Positions 13,172 through 26,200 of a stretch of 64,000 nucleotides of DNA are shown here, piece by piece. The stretch comes from Trichoplax sp. H2 (lineage: Eukaryota): the NCBI GenBank assembly GCA_003344405.1, contig NOWV01000216.1, positions 1-64,000 of the forward strand. The letters are read 5' to 3'. Position 1 is the stretch's first letter. Every line of letters begins with the position of its first letter. The notes under the pieces are model-generated. The model was not told where the DNA came from, ran no database searches, and was given only the letters and a program-made list of their open reading frames with translations. The translations under genes and the position numbers were made by a program.

Positions 13172-14554
13172 TTATGGTACTACTTTAGTACTGTAAGGCT
13201 TATTGTGGATAAAATTGTAAATCATTTGGTAAGCTTGTTTAGGCCGATAAGTTGGCACTTGATGCCCTGCACCGCGAACTGTAAGGAAGTCAAGTTTATC
13301 AAAGCGAATAACATAGCCACCAACCTGTTTACCATTACTATCACTATAGAACCAAGGTTGACGAGGTTTAACTTGCTTACGATTTAATGAATGGACAGCC
13401 ATCTGATCACCTAAGAAATTGCAAACCATGTCAACATCGCCATTATAGACTAATGCACGATATTTCTTCAATAATTTAGGATATAATTTGATGGCTGAGT
13501 TATAAGTGGTCGTATAATGAGCACTAACAATGTTACTGCATCCACCCCATTTTGGCAAGTGGGGAGCTACATGCAATGCTTTTTGTACAGCTTTGATGTT
13601 TAAATAAGCGATAACGTGGACCGGTAATTGATCACTACCGAAGCTGTGATCGCCTACACTAGGGAATAATTCAGGATGAAGGTAGCGATATAAGATCTTA
13701 GCCTGAGAGTCCATGAATTTAGCTGGGGCACAACCTTCACAATCAGCATAAATATCATAATTATTTAAATCATTACCCATGATTTTTTGTGCTGCTGTTA
13801 GTGCTGTTGTACAATGGCTATTTTTGGGATTATGGAAATTGCAACTACCATGAGTACAACAGTATTTCTGCAATTGTGACCAGATACGCTGGCCAAAAAT
13901 GCCGTGATAATAAGCAAAATAGATCATTGTATCATCATTAAAGCGTGTATCACTTAAGCCATTGCCTACAGCGAAAGCTTTAAAGTTGATTTTAGAATCG
14001 TTCATTAATCGTACAGCCAAAGTTGGAATATAAATGCCTCCATAGCTTTCGCCGGTCACATAAAATTCATTCTTTGCAAATTCTGGAAATTTTTTAAAGA
14101 AAGATTTGAGTGCAGCGTGATTATTATCAGCGACAGCATCATCGTTCCAGGTATAATTTTTTTTCGGATTATAAGAAAAACCAACACCTGCAGGCGATTC
14201 CAGGTAGATGACGTTGGCGAAATCATTCCATGATGTATTACGATAAGTTAAATGTTTGCCATCAGTTTTCACACCATATGGACCATTCTCAGATAATAAT
14301 GCAAGCAATGAACTACAACCTGGCCCACCGGTTAACCACAAAATCAAAGGAGCGGCTGATGGCTTTTTGCGTGATTCAACAAACCAGTAAAAAAATTTAT
14401 TTCCATTTAAGGCGTCCAAATAGCCAGAATATTGCTTAAATTTGGGCTGATGTGGTACGCCTGGCAATGAAGTGATTAAATCGCCTTTCGGTGCTGCATC
14501 CACATAACTGCAAAACACCAAAACTGCTAAAGTAAGACAGATTAAAGTCTTCAT
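13172..14554 (-). CDS. CTSA: Serine carboxypeptidase S10, cathepsin A-like, intronless (460 aa)
   Basis: Signal peptide; WLTGGPGCSS; GESYGG; NGDVDMVCN; GAGHQV. Confidence 0.95.
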   Translation of the reverse strand: MKTLICLTLAVLVFCSYVDAAPKGDLITSLPGVPHQPKFKQYSGYLDALNGNKFFYWFVESRKKPSAAPLILWLTGGPGCSSLLALLSENGPYGVKTDGKHLTYRNTSWNDFANVIYLESPAGVGFSYNPKKNYTWNDDAVADNNHAALKSFFKKFPEFAKNEFYVTGESYGGIYIPTLAVRLMNDSKINFKAFAVGNGLSDTRFNDDTMIYFAYYHGIFGQRIWSQLQKYCCTHGSCNFHNPKNSHCTTALTAAQKIMGNDLNNYDIYADCEGCAPAKFMDSQAKILYRYLHPELFPSVGDHSFGSDQLPVHVIAYLNIKAVQKALHVAPHLPKWGGCSNIVSAHYTTTYNSAIKLYPKLLKKYRALVYNGDVDMVCNFLGDQMAVHSLNRKQVKPRQPWFYSDSNGKQVGGYVIRFDKLDFLTVRGAGHQVPTYRPKQAYQMIYNFIHNKPYSTKVVP

Positions 14555-14665
14555 CTTGGCTACCTCGGTATCTTCTCAACTTGGGAAGTCAATAAAGCTG
14601 CCCAGTTAATTAGCTAACGGTAGTCGAATCTTTTCATCATGCGGTAGTCATGGAATCATGTTATT

Positions 14666-14675
14666 GTCATGTGAC
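14666..14675. promoter_or_regulatory. M-box / CLEAR-like motif GTCATGTGAC upstream of carboxypeptidase 2
   Basis: One mismatch to GTCACGTGAC, ~110 bp upstream of the ATG. Confidence 0.4.
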
Positions 14676-16520
14676 TATGGGATTTCCGCCAATATTCCTG
14701 TGAAATGGAGGCAGCGACTCCATTAGCATATTCTATAGCATGCATTTCTGCACTCTTGCGTGGATATGCTGATAGAAATTGCTGTCATCTAATTAATTCT
14801 TAATTGATCTTGAATGATATAGGAGGAAATCATACAATATGGATAATTACTATGTTTTAACAGAAATATGCTTTAAAATCCTCCTTAGGTAGCTTGATTT
14901 AGAGTTAGAATGATATTATTCGATAGCAATTCGATGATCGATACAGATAGAATGCTTTGGCTAGGTCGATTTTCTAACCATGAAGAACAAGCAGCATCTG
15001 CCATCTCGTTAGGCTTTTCTTCACCTTAATTCCTGAAAGGGTAACTGATATTGTTGTCGAACAATTGCGTTCAAGTAGACTATAATATAACTGATCTCAA
15101 GCTGAGAGTACCCAAATGTTAGAAGGGGAAATGGGTATAGCAATGCTTATACGTATGGAATTACAGTTTTATTTCAAACTGACGATGAAGCTGAAATGTT
15201 CCTTTATTATAGATTAGAGTTATGTATTTTTTAACTTAACTTTATGACGACTATCGAAATATCTAATCGTAGCAGGTTTCATGACTATTTGTCTATTTTT
15301 TTCCCCCCGGAATAGACTAGCGGATAAAATATCCACGTAATAGATTTCCTAGCAAAAGATTGGCATTAATCAACACTATTCAAATTCAAATAATGATATA
15401 AAAAATAAATCCCATAAAAACGAAGTATAATATCATTCCAATTGAGGATAGCTTTTACTTGTAAACGATTTCGATGCCTAGACACATCCACTTTCATGAT
15501 CATTACCTGCTAGAACTATTGCGTTGGACGAGAAATAAAGCAATTGATAGCAATATTGTCGTACCTATGGATACTGAATATACATGAGCAAAGGTGTTGA
15601 ATCCTATCTTCCCACCTTCTATTCACTTTTGACGACTACTAATGAAGGCAAATACGAGAATATCCTAAATTATCATATCTTGACAATTCATGGTTGGTAA
15701 GTTTAATGGAGTCATCGTTATTCAAGAAACTTGTCATACCTAGATAAAATGGCGAATAGAGGTAGCACTAAAGCAGACCACTAAATTAGACTATCACAGC
15801 ATGAAAGCACTAAAAGCTCACATTCTGTTCATAGCAGCATAAGTAATGTAGGCTAACATCCGTAAATAACACGGATTCTTTGTTATACAAATTCTCGAAA
15901 CACTCCTGATAGATGCGCTCATCAAGGGGTAAATAATGTCATTTAATCAACTACCCCATCTAATTTCCGAATTATATAGTAGGACAAGTAGTTTGCAAGA
16001 AGTATTCTCAGGTTGCATACATCTTATTCGGAATACCTTAATGGTGATGTTGATAGGGAAGAGATCGAAAGACACTCGTAACTAAATCCAATTTTGTCTT
16101 AATATTATTTCAGTGCAAGCTTCATTACAAAACAGAATTTATTCACGACTTTTTCAAGATTGATATACTTTACATCGAATTGCTCTAGTAGTATACGATA
16201 GAGTAAAAACGAACAAGTACCTTTTTGATTATTGCCACATACTGTTAGTATGCCATAATCAACAGACGTGCAATTCATTATCATACAATTACATTTATAT
16301 GGTGTTGCCCTGATAGTCCATCTATCGAGGGATTACTTTGACTCTTTCGATTTTAAGTAAGTCATAATCGCTATTGCACTTTTACCATCTATTAAGTTAA
16401 TCGATTAAATTAACGTTAACAATAATAATATACTGTAAATAGGTCGAAAGTAGAATATGCATTCGCACACGTGAAGAAAGTTCTCTTGATCTATTTTATA
16501 CGAGTAATTTCAATGTAGAA

Positions 16521-17903
16521 TCATGGTACTACTTTAGTACTGTAAGGTTTGTTATAGATAAAATTATAAATCATTTGATAAGCTTGCTTTGGCCTATAAG
16601 TCGGTACTTGATGACCTGATCCACGTACTGTTAGAAAATCGAGCTTATCAAAGCGAATAACATAACCTCCAATTTGTTTACCATTACTATCGCTATAAAA
16701 CCAAGGCTGACGAGGTTTAATCATTTTAAGATTGAGCGAATGAACAGCCCATTGATCACCTAAGAAGTTACAGACCATATCCACATCACCATTGTAAACT
16801 AATGCACGATATTTCTTCAAGAGCTTAGGATATAACTTGATAGCAGAATTATACGTTATCGTATAATTTGCGCTAACATCACCACTACATTCACCCCATT
16901 GCGGCAAATGATCGGGTATATGTAATGCCTTCCTGACATCGTTCCTATTCATATAAGCAATATCTGAGGGTAATTGGTTACTGGTGATTTTAAAGTTATC
17001 ATCATCGAATTGGATAGGATAATTGTGTGGATATAATCGTTTGAGTAATGCTCTAGCTTGTGCGCTCAACGATGATGCACAACCATCGCAATCTGTGTAA
17101 ATATCATAATTATTTAGATCATCATTCATGACTTGTCGAGCAGCAACCAATACTTTCTGACAATGTTTATCGGTTGGATTATGAAAGTTACAAGAGCCAC
17201 GAGAACAGCAATATTTTTGTAATTGTGACCATATACGCTGGCCAAAGATACCATGATAATACGCAAAATAAATCATGGAATTATCATTTAAACGCCTATC
17301 ACTCAGGCCATTGCCTACAGCAAATGCTTTCAAATTGATTTTAGAATCATTCATAACACGTACAACTAACGTTGGAATATAAATTCCTCCATAACTTTCG
17401 CCGGTGATATAAAATTCATTTCTGGAAAATTCAGGAAATTTCTTGAAAAATGATTTCAAGGCAGCATAATTGCTATCGGCCACTTGATCATCATCCCAGG
17501 TATAATTTTTCTTGTTATTATAAGAGTAGCCAACACCAGCGGGAGACTCTAGAAAAATGACATTGGCGAAATCATTCCAAGACGTATTACGATAAGCTAA
17601 ATTTTTCCCTCCTGGGCCAGGATTAAAAGGTCCATTCTCAGTCAGTAAGCCAACCAATGAACTACAACCAGGCCCACCATTTAACCACAAGACAAGAGGA
17701 TCACGGAAAGGTTTTCCTTTCGACTCTGTAAACCAGTAATGCAATTGATTGCCATTGCCACCATCTAAATAACCAGAATACTGCTTAAAAGTTGGCTTAT
17801 GAGGTAATCCAGGTAAAGAAGTGATTAAATCTTCCTTTGGGGCTGCATCAACCTCGCATACAGCCATTAAAACCACTATACTAAGCCAAAGCATGATAGC
17901 CAT
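16521..17903 (-). CDS. CTSA: Serine carboxypeptidase S10, cathepsin A-like, intronless (460 aa)
   Basis: Signal peptide; WLNGGPGCSS; GESYGG; NGDVDMVCN; GSGHQV. Confidence 0.95.
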   Translation of the reverse strand: MAIMLWLSIVVLMAVCEVDAAPKEDLITSLPGLPHKPTFKQYSGYLDGGNGNQLHYWFTESKGKPFRDPLVLWLNGGPGCSSLVGLLTENGPFNPGPGGKNLAYRNTSWNDFANVIFLESPAGVGYSYNNKKNYTWDDDQVADSNYAALKSFFKKFPEFSRNEFYITGESYGGIYIPTLVVRVMNDSKINLKAFAVGNGLSDRRLNDNSMIYFAYYHGIFGQRIWSQLQKYCCSRGSCNFHNPTDKHCQKVLVAARQVMNDDLNNYDIYTDCDGCASSLSAQARALLKRLYPHNYPIQFDDDNFKITSNQLPSDIAYMNRNDVRKALHIPDHLPQWGECSGDVSANYTITYNSAIKLYPKLLKKYRALVYNGDVDMVCNFLGDQWAVHSLNLKMIKPRQPWFYSDSNGKQIGGYVIRFDKLDFLTVRGSGHQVPTYRPKQAYQMIYNFIYNKPYSTKVVP

Positions 17904-18134
17904 GATGAAGGATTGTCGATATTCTCCTTGGCTACGGGCCTGGAAATGATGCAGGGTCGAGCAAGGATGTTATGTATACCTTTATAACACGCTCCCTATA
18001 ATACAGTATTTATGTATAGCCTGTCCGAGTAGTTCTATAGCGAAGTGTGAATCTGCGCCGGAGCGCTGTCCTTCTGTCTTTCGCGTCTGTCACCGTGACT
18101 CAACCATTTTCAAGGTGTTCAAGTCTAGTAAGGA

Positions 18135-19045
18135 TACTTAAACAGCTGATAATCAATAGAGTTTACTATTGAGTTTGTTTTACAGTCTTTTATTTAGACG
18201 TTGAAGAGGCCTTCTAATTTGAATGACCACTCAAACAGCTCATAATCAATATAGTTTACTATGGATTGGTTTCCAGTCTTCTTGTGAATAGGTTGAAGGA
18301 GATGTTCTATATAATCCAGCTGTTGCAACACCACCAACTGAAATCAAGATGGCTTACTATGGATCGGCATCCAGTCTTGCAGCGAGTGGGTTCAAATAAC
18401 GCAATTAATTAGTTTACTAGACATGTTAGAGCTCAAACTGCTTATAATCCGTATAGCCTAATATGGCTCAGCTGCTAACCCTTTCGTGAGTGGGTTCCAA
18501 AAAATGCCCTATTGCTGCAGTCGGAGCTCAAAAAGCTCATATCGAATTTACTTTTGCATTAGTTTGCAGTCTTGTATTTCCACGTTAAAATTAACAGTTT
18601 AATTGCGTGGTGTACACTATACATGCTACAAGATAGAATGATTTTGTCATAATCAATATAGCCTACTATGGTTGGCTGCCAACCCTTTCATCAGTGGGGT
18701 TCAAGTAGGATCAAAGAGGTGCACTACCTCTGCAGATGGTGCTCAAACAGCTCATACAGGATTTACTTTTGCATTAATTTGCAGTCTTGTATTTCCAAGT
18801 TAAAATTAGTAGTTTCATTACGTGATTTACACTATACATGCTACAAGATGGAATGATGATTTCATAATCAATATAGCCTACTATGGTTGGCTGCCAACCC
18901 TTTCATCAGTGGGGTTCAAGTAGGATCAAAGAGGTGCACTACCTCTGCAGATGGTGCTCAAACAGCTCATACAGGATTTACTTTGGCATTAGTTTGCAGT
19001 CTTGTATTTAGATGTTAAAATGAGCGGTACAAACTTGTGAATGCA
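18135..19045. repeat. Degenerate tandem repeat (~100 and ~205-215 bp units) upstream of carboxypeptidase 3
   Basis: aaacagctcataatcaatatag..tactatgg recurs; near-identical 215-bp copies start at 18648 and 18863. Confidence 0.85.
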
Positions 19046-19895
19046 CAAGATGGAATGGTGATCTTATGGCTTGGCTAGAAATTGCATTAAATTTAATTTC
19101 ATAGTGTTATTTCTATTACATATAAGAGCATATTGTTGAGGTTTCAAATATATTTAAATTACTAAACAAGTTGTACTGAATTCGTATTATATATCAATAT
19201 TATTCAATCCACACAGATATTTCAAATTCTGCACAACATATACTGTAGCAATGATAATTATATAATTATTAGCCAAATTTATACATTATGCAAAACGTAT
19301 AGGAGCACTCTTTACATCTTAGTTTGTCATCCTATGCAGTAATGTAAAATATAGAATACCAATCATTCTATCCAATGTAAGTACGGGTATACTACAAGGC
19401 AAAATAATCTTTTGGTATAAAGATTGGATAGAATTGTATTTCACCATGTTACGTCCATAGCATCGTCGTGGTCTGTCATAGATAACATCCATAAGATATA
19501 AACAAGCCAGATTACTTTACAGTTAGTACTGTAATGAATGAATATAGGTAATTTCATTCAAAGTCCACGCAAAAAGTATGCGCTCATCATTGATATGAAC
19601 CTAATGCAAGCTGTTATTAGTTGTTATCGTCATAAATGAACATTATTATAACGGAAGGCATTAAACGTGGGCTATAAAAGCCCCCCTCGACATAAAAAGG
19701 GGTTGGGAAGGAATGTCTTATTTCATTAAAATGCTATGCATAAAGTATAGCATCCTTATCAACATGAATCGAATACAAGCAGTTATTAGTTTATCATCAT
19801 AGATTGCTAAATTAAGTATGAATCAGCCAGAATCAATAAAGCCAGCTTGATTGAAGTCCAATTTTACCATACTATCGTACACGAGCATGGCCAGT

Positions 19896-21275
19896 TTAGG
19901 GCACTACTTTAGTGCTATATGGCCTATTATGGATGAAATTATAGATCATTTGGTAAGCTTGCTGTGGTCTAAAAGTCGGTACTTGATGACCTGATCCTCG
20001 CACTGTGAGAAAGTCAAGCTTGTTAGCGCGAATAACATACCCTCCAACCTGTTTACCATTGCTATCGTTGTAAAACCAAGGCTGACGAGGTTTCACAACT
20101 TTAAGATTGAGAGAGTGGACAGCCCATTGATCACCTAAGAAATTGCATACCATATCCACGTCACCATTATAAATTAAAACACGATATTTTTTTAACAATT
20201 TGGGGATTAACTTGATTGAAGAATTGTATGTTGTAGTATAATTAGCACTAACAGCATTACTACAATCGTTCCATGCTGGTAAATGATCGGGTATATGTAA
20301 TGCTTTTCTGACATCTTTCCTATTCATATAAATAACATCAGGAGTAACTTGATTATTACTCGTATAGGGTTCATCTAATCGGGAAGGATAGAGTTCTGGA
20401 TGCAGTCGTTTGAGCAATACCTTTGCCTGCGAGCCCATCGATGATGAACAGTGAAAACAATCAAAATAGATGTTGTAATTATCTAAATCATCATTCATAA
20501 CCTGTTGAGCTACAGCTAATGCTTTCTTACAATGAATATCACTTGGATTATGAAAGTTACAAGAGCCACGGGAACAGCAATATTTCTGTAATTGCGACCA
20601 TCGATGTTGGCCAAAGATACCATGATAATAAGCAAAATAAATCATGGAATTATCATTTAAACGTGTATCCATTAGACCATTCCCTACAGCAAATGCTTTC
20701 AAATTGATTTTAGAATCATTCATAGTACGTAGAACTAACGTAGGAATATAAATTCCTCCATAACTTTCGCCGGTGATGTAAAATTCATTTCTAGAATATT
20801 CAGGAAATTTATTAAAGAAAGATTTTAATGCAGCATAATTACTGTCGGCAACTTGGTCATCATCCCATGTATAATTTCTCTTGTCATTATATGAATAGCC
20901 AACACCAGCAGGTGATTCTAGAAAAATGACATTGGCGAAATCATTCCAAGATGTATTACGCAAGGTTAAATGTTTACCGTCATAGCTGGGCATAAAAGGT
21001 CCATTTTCCAGTAGTAAACCAATAATAGAGCTACAACCAGGCCCTCCATTTAGCCACAATACAAGTGGATCACGTAAAGGTTTTCCTTTAGATTCAACAA
21101 ACCAGTAATGTAATCTATTGCCATTACCACCATCTAAATATCCAGAATACTGCTTAAAGGATGATTGATGAGATAATCCAGGCAAAGAAGTGATCCAATC
21201 TTCCTTAGGTGCTGCATTCCCGAGATGCAATGTCGTTGTCCATAAAATCATCGCAAAGCAAAACAACATCGCCAT
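19896..21275 (-). CDS. CTSA: Serine carboxypeptidase S10, cathepsin A-like, intronless (459 aa)
   Basis: Signal peptide; WLNGGPGCSS; GESYGG; NGDVDMVCN; GSGHQV. Confidence 0.95.
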   Translation of the reverse strand: MAMLFCFAMILWTTTLHLGNAAPKEDWITSLPGLSHQSSFKQYSGYLDGGNGNRLHYWFVESKGKPLRDPLVLWLNGGPGCSSIIGLLLENGPFMPSYDGKHLTLRNTSWNDFANVIFLESPAGVGYSYNDKRNYTWDDDQVADSNYAALKSFFNKFPEYSRNEFYITGESYGGIYIPTLVLRTMNDSKINLKAFAVGNGLMDTRLNDNSMIYFAYYHGIFGQHRWSQLQKYCCSRGSCNFHNPSDIHCKKALAVAQQVMNDDLDNYNIYFDCFHCSSSMGSQAKVLLKRLHPELYPSRLDEPYTSNNQVTPDVIYMNRKDVRKALHIPDHLPAWNDCSNAVSANYTTTYNSSIKLIPKLLKKYRVLIYNGDVDMVCNFLGDQWAVHSLNLKVVKPRQPWFYNDSNGKQVGGYVIRANKLDFLTVRGSGHQVPTFRPQQAYQMIYNFIHNRPYSTKVVP

Positions 21276-21724
21276 GTTTACGTCGTTGCCACCTTCGTTG
21301 TAATTTGAAAGATTGCGATCTCAACCAGGCAATTCGATATTTCATCAACTCTTTAGACTGTCTGCTTTTCGTTACCAAGCTTTAAGAATTCAATGATGGT
21401 CTAAATGGATAGAAAATGTCTGTAAGAAGATTTCTGTTTAGCATCAGTAGCAGACTAGTAGCAGTTATTGTGACTTTAGAATAATTATGCAGAAATGGAT
21501 ACTGGGCAAGAAGAAAACTGTACCATGATGGTCATATACTACTGTCGTAATGGGTAGTTTTATACAGTATGCTATAGTAATACCGTTCTTGGATTCGATA
21601 GCAGAGATGCTGTTTTAACATACAGTTAAGAGTATAGATGCCCGTACCCTCGCTACTGTTACTCGTTTTCTATGGCAATTTGTTGTTATGGAGTCCAGTA
21701 TATTTTTCACCTTTCAACTTAGTT

Positions 21725-22100
21725 TAAATTAGTCTGCTTAGAATAGACTTTGCAAGCTCTGAGCACTCTTTATTAGCCTACTTAGCATAAACTTGCTTAA
21801 ATAAAGAGTAAAGATAATAAGACAGCATTAAACAGATACCTATACAATAGCTATTAGCAACCTATTACTGCTCATATTCTATGGCAATATGTTAGTACTG
21901 ATTATTAGCCTGTTTAGAATAGGCTTGGAAGCTCTGAGTACTGTTCATTAGCCTACTTAACATACGAGTAGACTCGTCTAAATATAGTGCTAGTAAGGAC
22001 AATTAGATAGCATTAAAGTGTAGAAAGTATTGATAACAATTTCATAGCTACTAGCTACAAGGACTATACTGTACTACTTGCTTTCCATGGTAATCTAATA
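21725..22100. repeat. Degenerate ~176-bp tandem repeat upstream of carboxypeptidase 4
   Basis: ttagaatag.ctt..aagctctgag.act.tt.attagcctactta at ~21738 and ~21914. Confidence 0.65.
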
Positions 22101-23262
22101 CTATCGAGAATGCATGCAGTCTGTTGCAAAGTTTATTCAATTACAGTAAGCGCCTGCTTCCGTTATAGATTTAATTTAACTTTATGACTTGATAGTATTC
22201 CCTCTATTTAGACAAGACGTTTTCGTAGACTAGTTTAAAAGAGGCAAGTGGAAGACACAAGATGTATACGTACACATTTACATGGACGGAATAATACTCG
22301 TAAATCTGCTGTAGAGTGAATGTACTATTTATTCTTGTTTCAATTGCGTACGATCGACGGCTACAGATCAAGATCGCAAATTATAATTTGAAATAATAAA
22401 ATAATGCCATTGATAAATTTCCTACGATGTTGAACAATGACGTATTCTTCATATCTTAAGGTAAGCTACAATACAACCTTTAAAGGAGAGACACTAGACT
22501 ACAAGCTCTCACTATCGCAACACGTGGATATGGGTAACTAACCGTTAGCACTTTATGTAGAGATATATTCCACGTTAAGCTATGAAATAATGTCCTATTT
22601 ACTTCCATCTTTGTAAAAAATCGGACTGACGAACTATGATTAATATAAGGTACCATATCGGACAATGTCTCATGCTTCGATAGGTTTCTAAATTGGCTTT
22701 ATTGAAACATTGTCCCATCGTTAATAGCATAGGCAAACAATCGATAAAATTAACTGAAACAATTTGAGCGACAACTCTACGGTGTTGAGTCCATCATAAA
22801 AATTTCATCGTACCGAAGCACCATCGACTCAATGGTGTTGCTACAGAGTAACTCTTTTATCATATGTAGTAATACCAGAAATTAATTAACTCCATACGTG
22901 AGATACAATTTAAAATCAACTGAATTTATCCTATGCTTCCTTAAAGAAAATAGGAATACTTTCAAATCATGAGCTTAAATAATGAACTAGGCATCAATTA
23001 AGCGTGGAAATACTTTTTAGTTCGGTAATAATCTTCAATTCCATATCAGCATACGGTCTATACCTTACATTACTGTATCCTAATAATAACATTACATTAT
23101 TGATTGATGTCTATACGAAGGCTAACATGATCATGAGGTGTACAAAAGTAATATGTTCATGACACAATCTGAGATCAGTAGGCCCAAGATTGGACATGAT
23201 GATATTCGAACAGTCTACAAATAATTCTGATATTATCCGAATAAAGTTATACCTTCCAATAT

Positions 23263-26200
23263 TTATGAGAGACCGAAACCAGCATTTCCATTGTTAATTG
23301 CATAGAGTAACCGTTCTTTAAGCTTTGCTTTACTGGAATAATTACATAACATTAACACGTTGAAGCATGTATGAGAAGTCGGTAGCCTAAAAATCATACA
23401 TAGAAGAAATAAAATACCTGTCATTTACACTTTCTATTTACGAATAGTCCTACGACCATTACCGGTATAAAATATAGAAATAATTTTACCTAGTAGAATC
23501 GTCACCATTTTTAATAACGCAAAACCTAATTTTTGATAATCCTCCAACTGGTACGCGATCACTACCAGTCGTAAATTTTAAGAATTTACGTTTACTTTCT
23601 TCATCGAAAGAATGTACTACTTCCCAAAGATCCCTGCCATATGACATTTTATAAATAAACCGTGAGTAGCAATATTTGTACTTTATATGAGCACTATTTT
23701 CAATTACTTGACTAAGGTTGAATCTTTTGTTAATCCTCCATCATAATATGTAACTCTTTCTAGTTCATGAAAATCTAAACACTTTTCCTACATGATATCA
23801 TTACATAATAAAGGATTAAAAATTAGTAATACAATGAACAGTTTACATTTATCTTGAAGAATATCCTGCAATCATACCTTACTACCGCATACAAGCATAT
23901 CAACTTCATCAGGTCGAAACAAGTATTTGAGCAAAGAATCCTCAGTTACCATGTTGAAACCCTTTTTGAAAGCATCAAACTATAAAGAACATAGCACTTA
24001 GTTTTATATCATAAGGCTAACTAATTAAATAAAGAGTTTACCTGATTTTTGACCGAATTTGTTAATAGAAATTCCGTGTAAAGTCTAATAAATTCCTAAT
24101 ACAGTAAAAATATTACATTCAGTTATTGGTAAAGTAATAATGTAATCATCATAAAGACTAAAATTGTTTTCCTTCCAACCTCCCTGTTGTTCTTATTTAC
24201 AGAAATTTCACCACCATTCTCCACAAGATCTACAGTAACTGCATCACCAAATACGTTTGTGTAACTAATTTTAAAAGTATACATGAAGTCATTTTCCACA
24301 TCGCCTTCATAATTTAATAAGTTTACCAAGCTTTGCCAAATTTCCTAATAAACACCAACATAGATGTACCTATTACATACCAGGCTATAATAATTTGTAC
24401 TACGATCTTTATTAATAAAGGATATATCGATTGAAGTATACTACTATATTCATACTGGAAAGCAATCACTTAAGTCTTCCAAAATTAATTTCTGCCCATA
24501 TAGTTTCCTATACAAAGCCATAGGGAAGGTAACGTCTAAAATGATGCCATTGTAGATAGCTAATCCTACAAGTATACCAACTAGCTTATATTGTGCATCT
24601 GTTTCATAAGAATCAGGTGTAAACCAATAAGTCCCAGCTTTTTCATTGTACCTAAACATAGCTTTAGGAAATAAAAGCAAAGCGGAAGGTTAACAATGCT
24701 TAGATTCAAGGAAGACATGATATTTGATGTCATAGTAATTACCATATTCTGGATTAAAAATTTCCTGATTGATAAGTACGAAAAATTCCTTGGAAAGTCC
24801 ACCATCGTCTACACCTTCTTCTCCGACAAATTTAATTCTCAATTGTTTTAATAAAGCACTTGGATTATCATCTGAAACATGCTCTAGCTGTATAATAATA
24901 TTATATAAATAAAATAGTGTTGATTTAATATTATATAAATAAAATAGCGTTGATTTAATAAATATGTTACAAATCTAATATTGAACAAATGTATCTGCCA
25001 CTATCGATCAGGTTTAACACTATAGCAACGTAACGTAACATTCATAACTACTGCTGTTGACGTACCTGCCATAAAGCATCTTCAATAAGATGATCTCTAC
25101 GAACACGAATTATTAAAAATGGATTAGGTACATCACGATTGAGTAGGCTTAAAATAATTGCCGCGCCAATTTCGTCATTCTGTCGTAAACGACAATCCAA
25201 CGAAAGATACTGCGTTTTATTAAAGGGCATAATAACGCAAGGAAAGTCCAATAAACATATGTCATTAACAGTAAATCTTCGATAATCGTAGCGAGGATCG
25301 ATTGCATCACTTAATGCCTCATTATAAAATGCACTAAACGTAACGATTGGGCGACGGCAAATAGCAGGATCAATATTAAGTAGTCTCTGTAGCTCATGAT
25401 GTCTAATGTCTTGTTTTCGACGAAGCCCACCAACGGTTCTCATAAAGACGCCAACTTGATCACTTCTTGCATCAGCATTGGCGGTAGTACTAGCTTGATT
25501 TGTTACTATCTCAGAATGAGCAAGGTTACCTTGACGTGTAATACCGCCTAAGCAGTTAGCCAAATAGAGCATGTCTAAGTTGTATAAGATGTTGGATAGA
25601 GAAATATCTATCGATGTCAGTATATCGGTATCTGAGCATGCGAGAATATTAACGACGGTACATGTTAAGTATTGTTGTAAAGAAATAACAAGTTGAAGCA
25701 TTTGCGATTCATTAAATTTTGCCCAAAAGCGTACAAGTTCAGCTTTTGCCGGTAATGACAAGCTGCGAACTAATTGACAAAGTCTTGGTAAAACATTCTC
25801 GAAATACTCTGGACTTTGTAATTGTGGATTTTCGTATACTATAATAATTATTGACATTAACAATTGATCGTCAATTCCACCTTGTAAGTGTTCCATTAAT
25901 CCATTGGTCGCAATAAATAATCGCTCTTCAACAGAAGAATGGAAGTGGTCAGAAAGGATAGTATAAATCTTTCGAACATAAATAATGTCTACAAGTTCCA
26001 CGCTGTCACCATTTATACAAAAGTAATTCGATATTGACTCTGGAGAGGAGAAAATATCGGCAATTACGGTATTTAAGGCGTCGTAATTATTACTTTCTTT
26101 ACACTTAGCCGCAGTGCAGGTAAGAAAATGTTCTGTCGCCTCTATAATATGACATAGTAATGAATCAGCCAAATACATTAACAATTGATGTTATAATTTC

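Noticed and set aside
794..20707. Short ORFs overlapping the carboxypeptidase and NFXL1 genes
   Set aside because: Shadow or antisense frames of well-supported genes
25048..26184. 378-aa ORF as a stand-alone gene
   Set aside because: It is an internal UBE3A exon bounded by splice sites at 26141 and 25066
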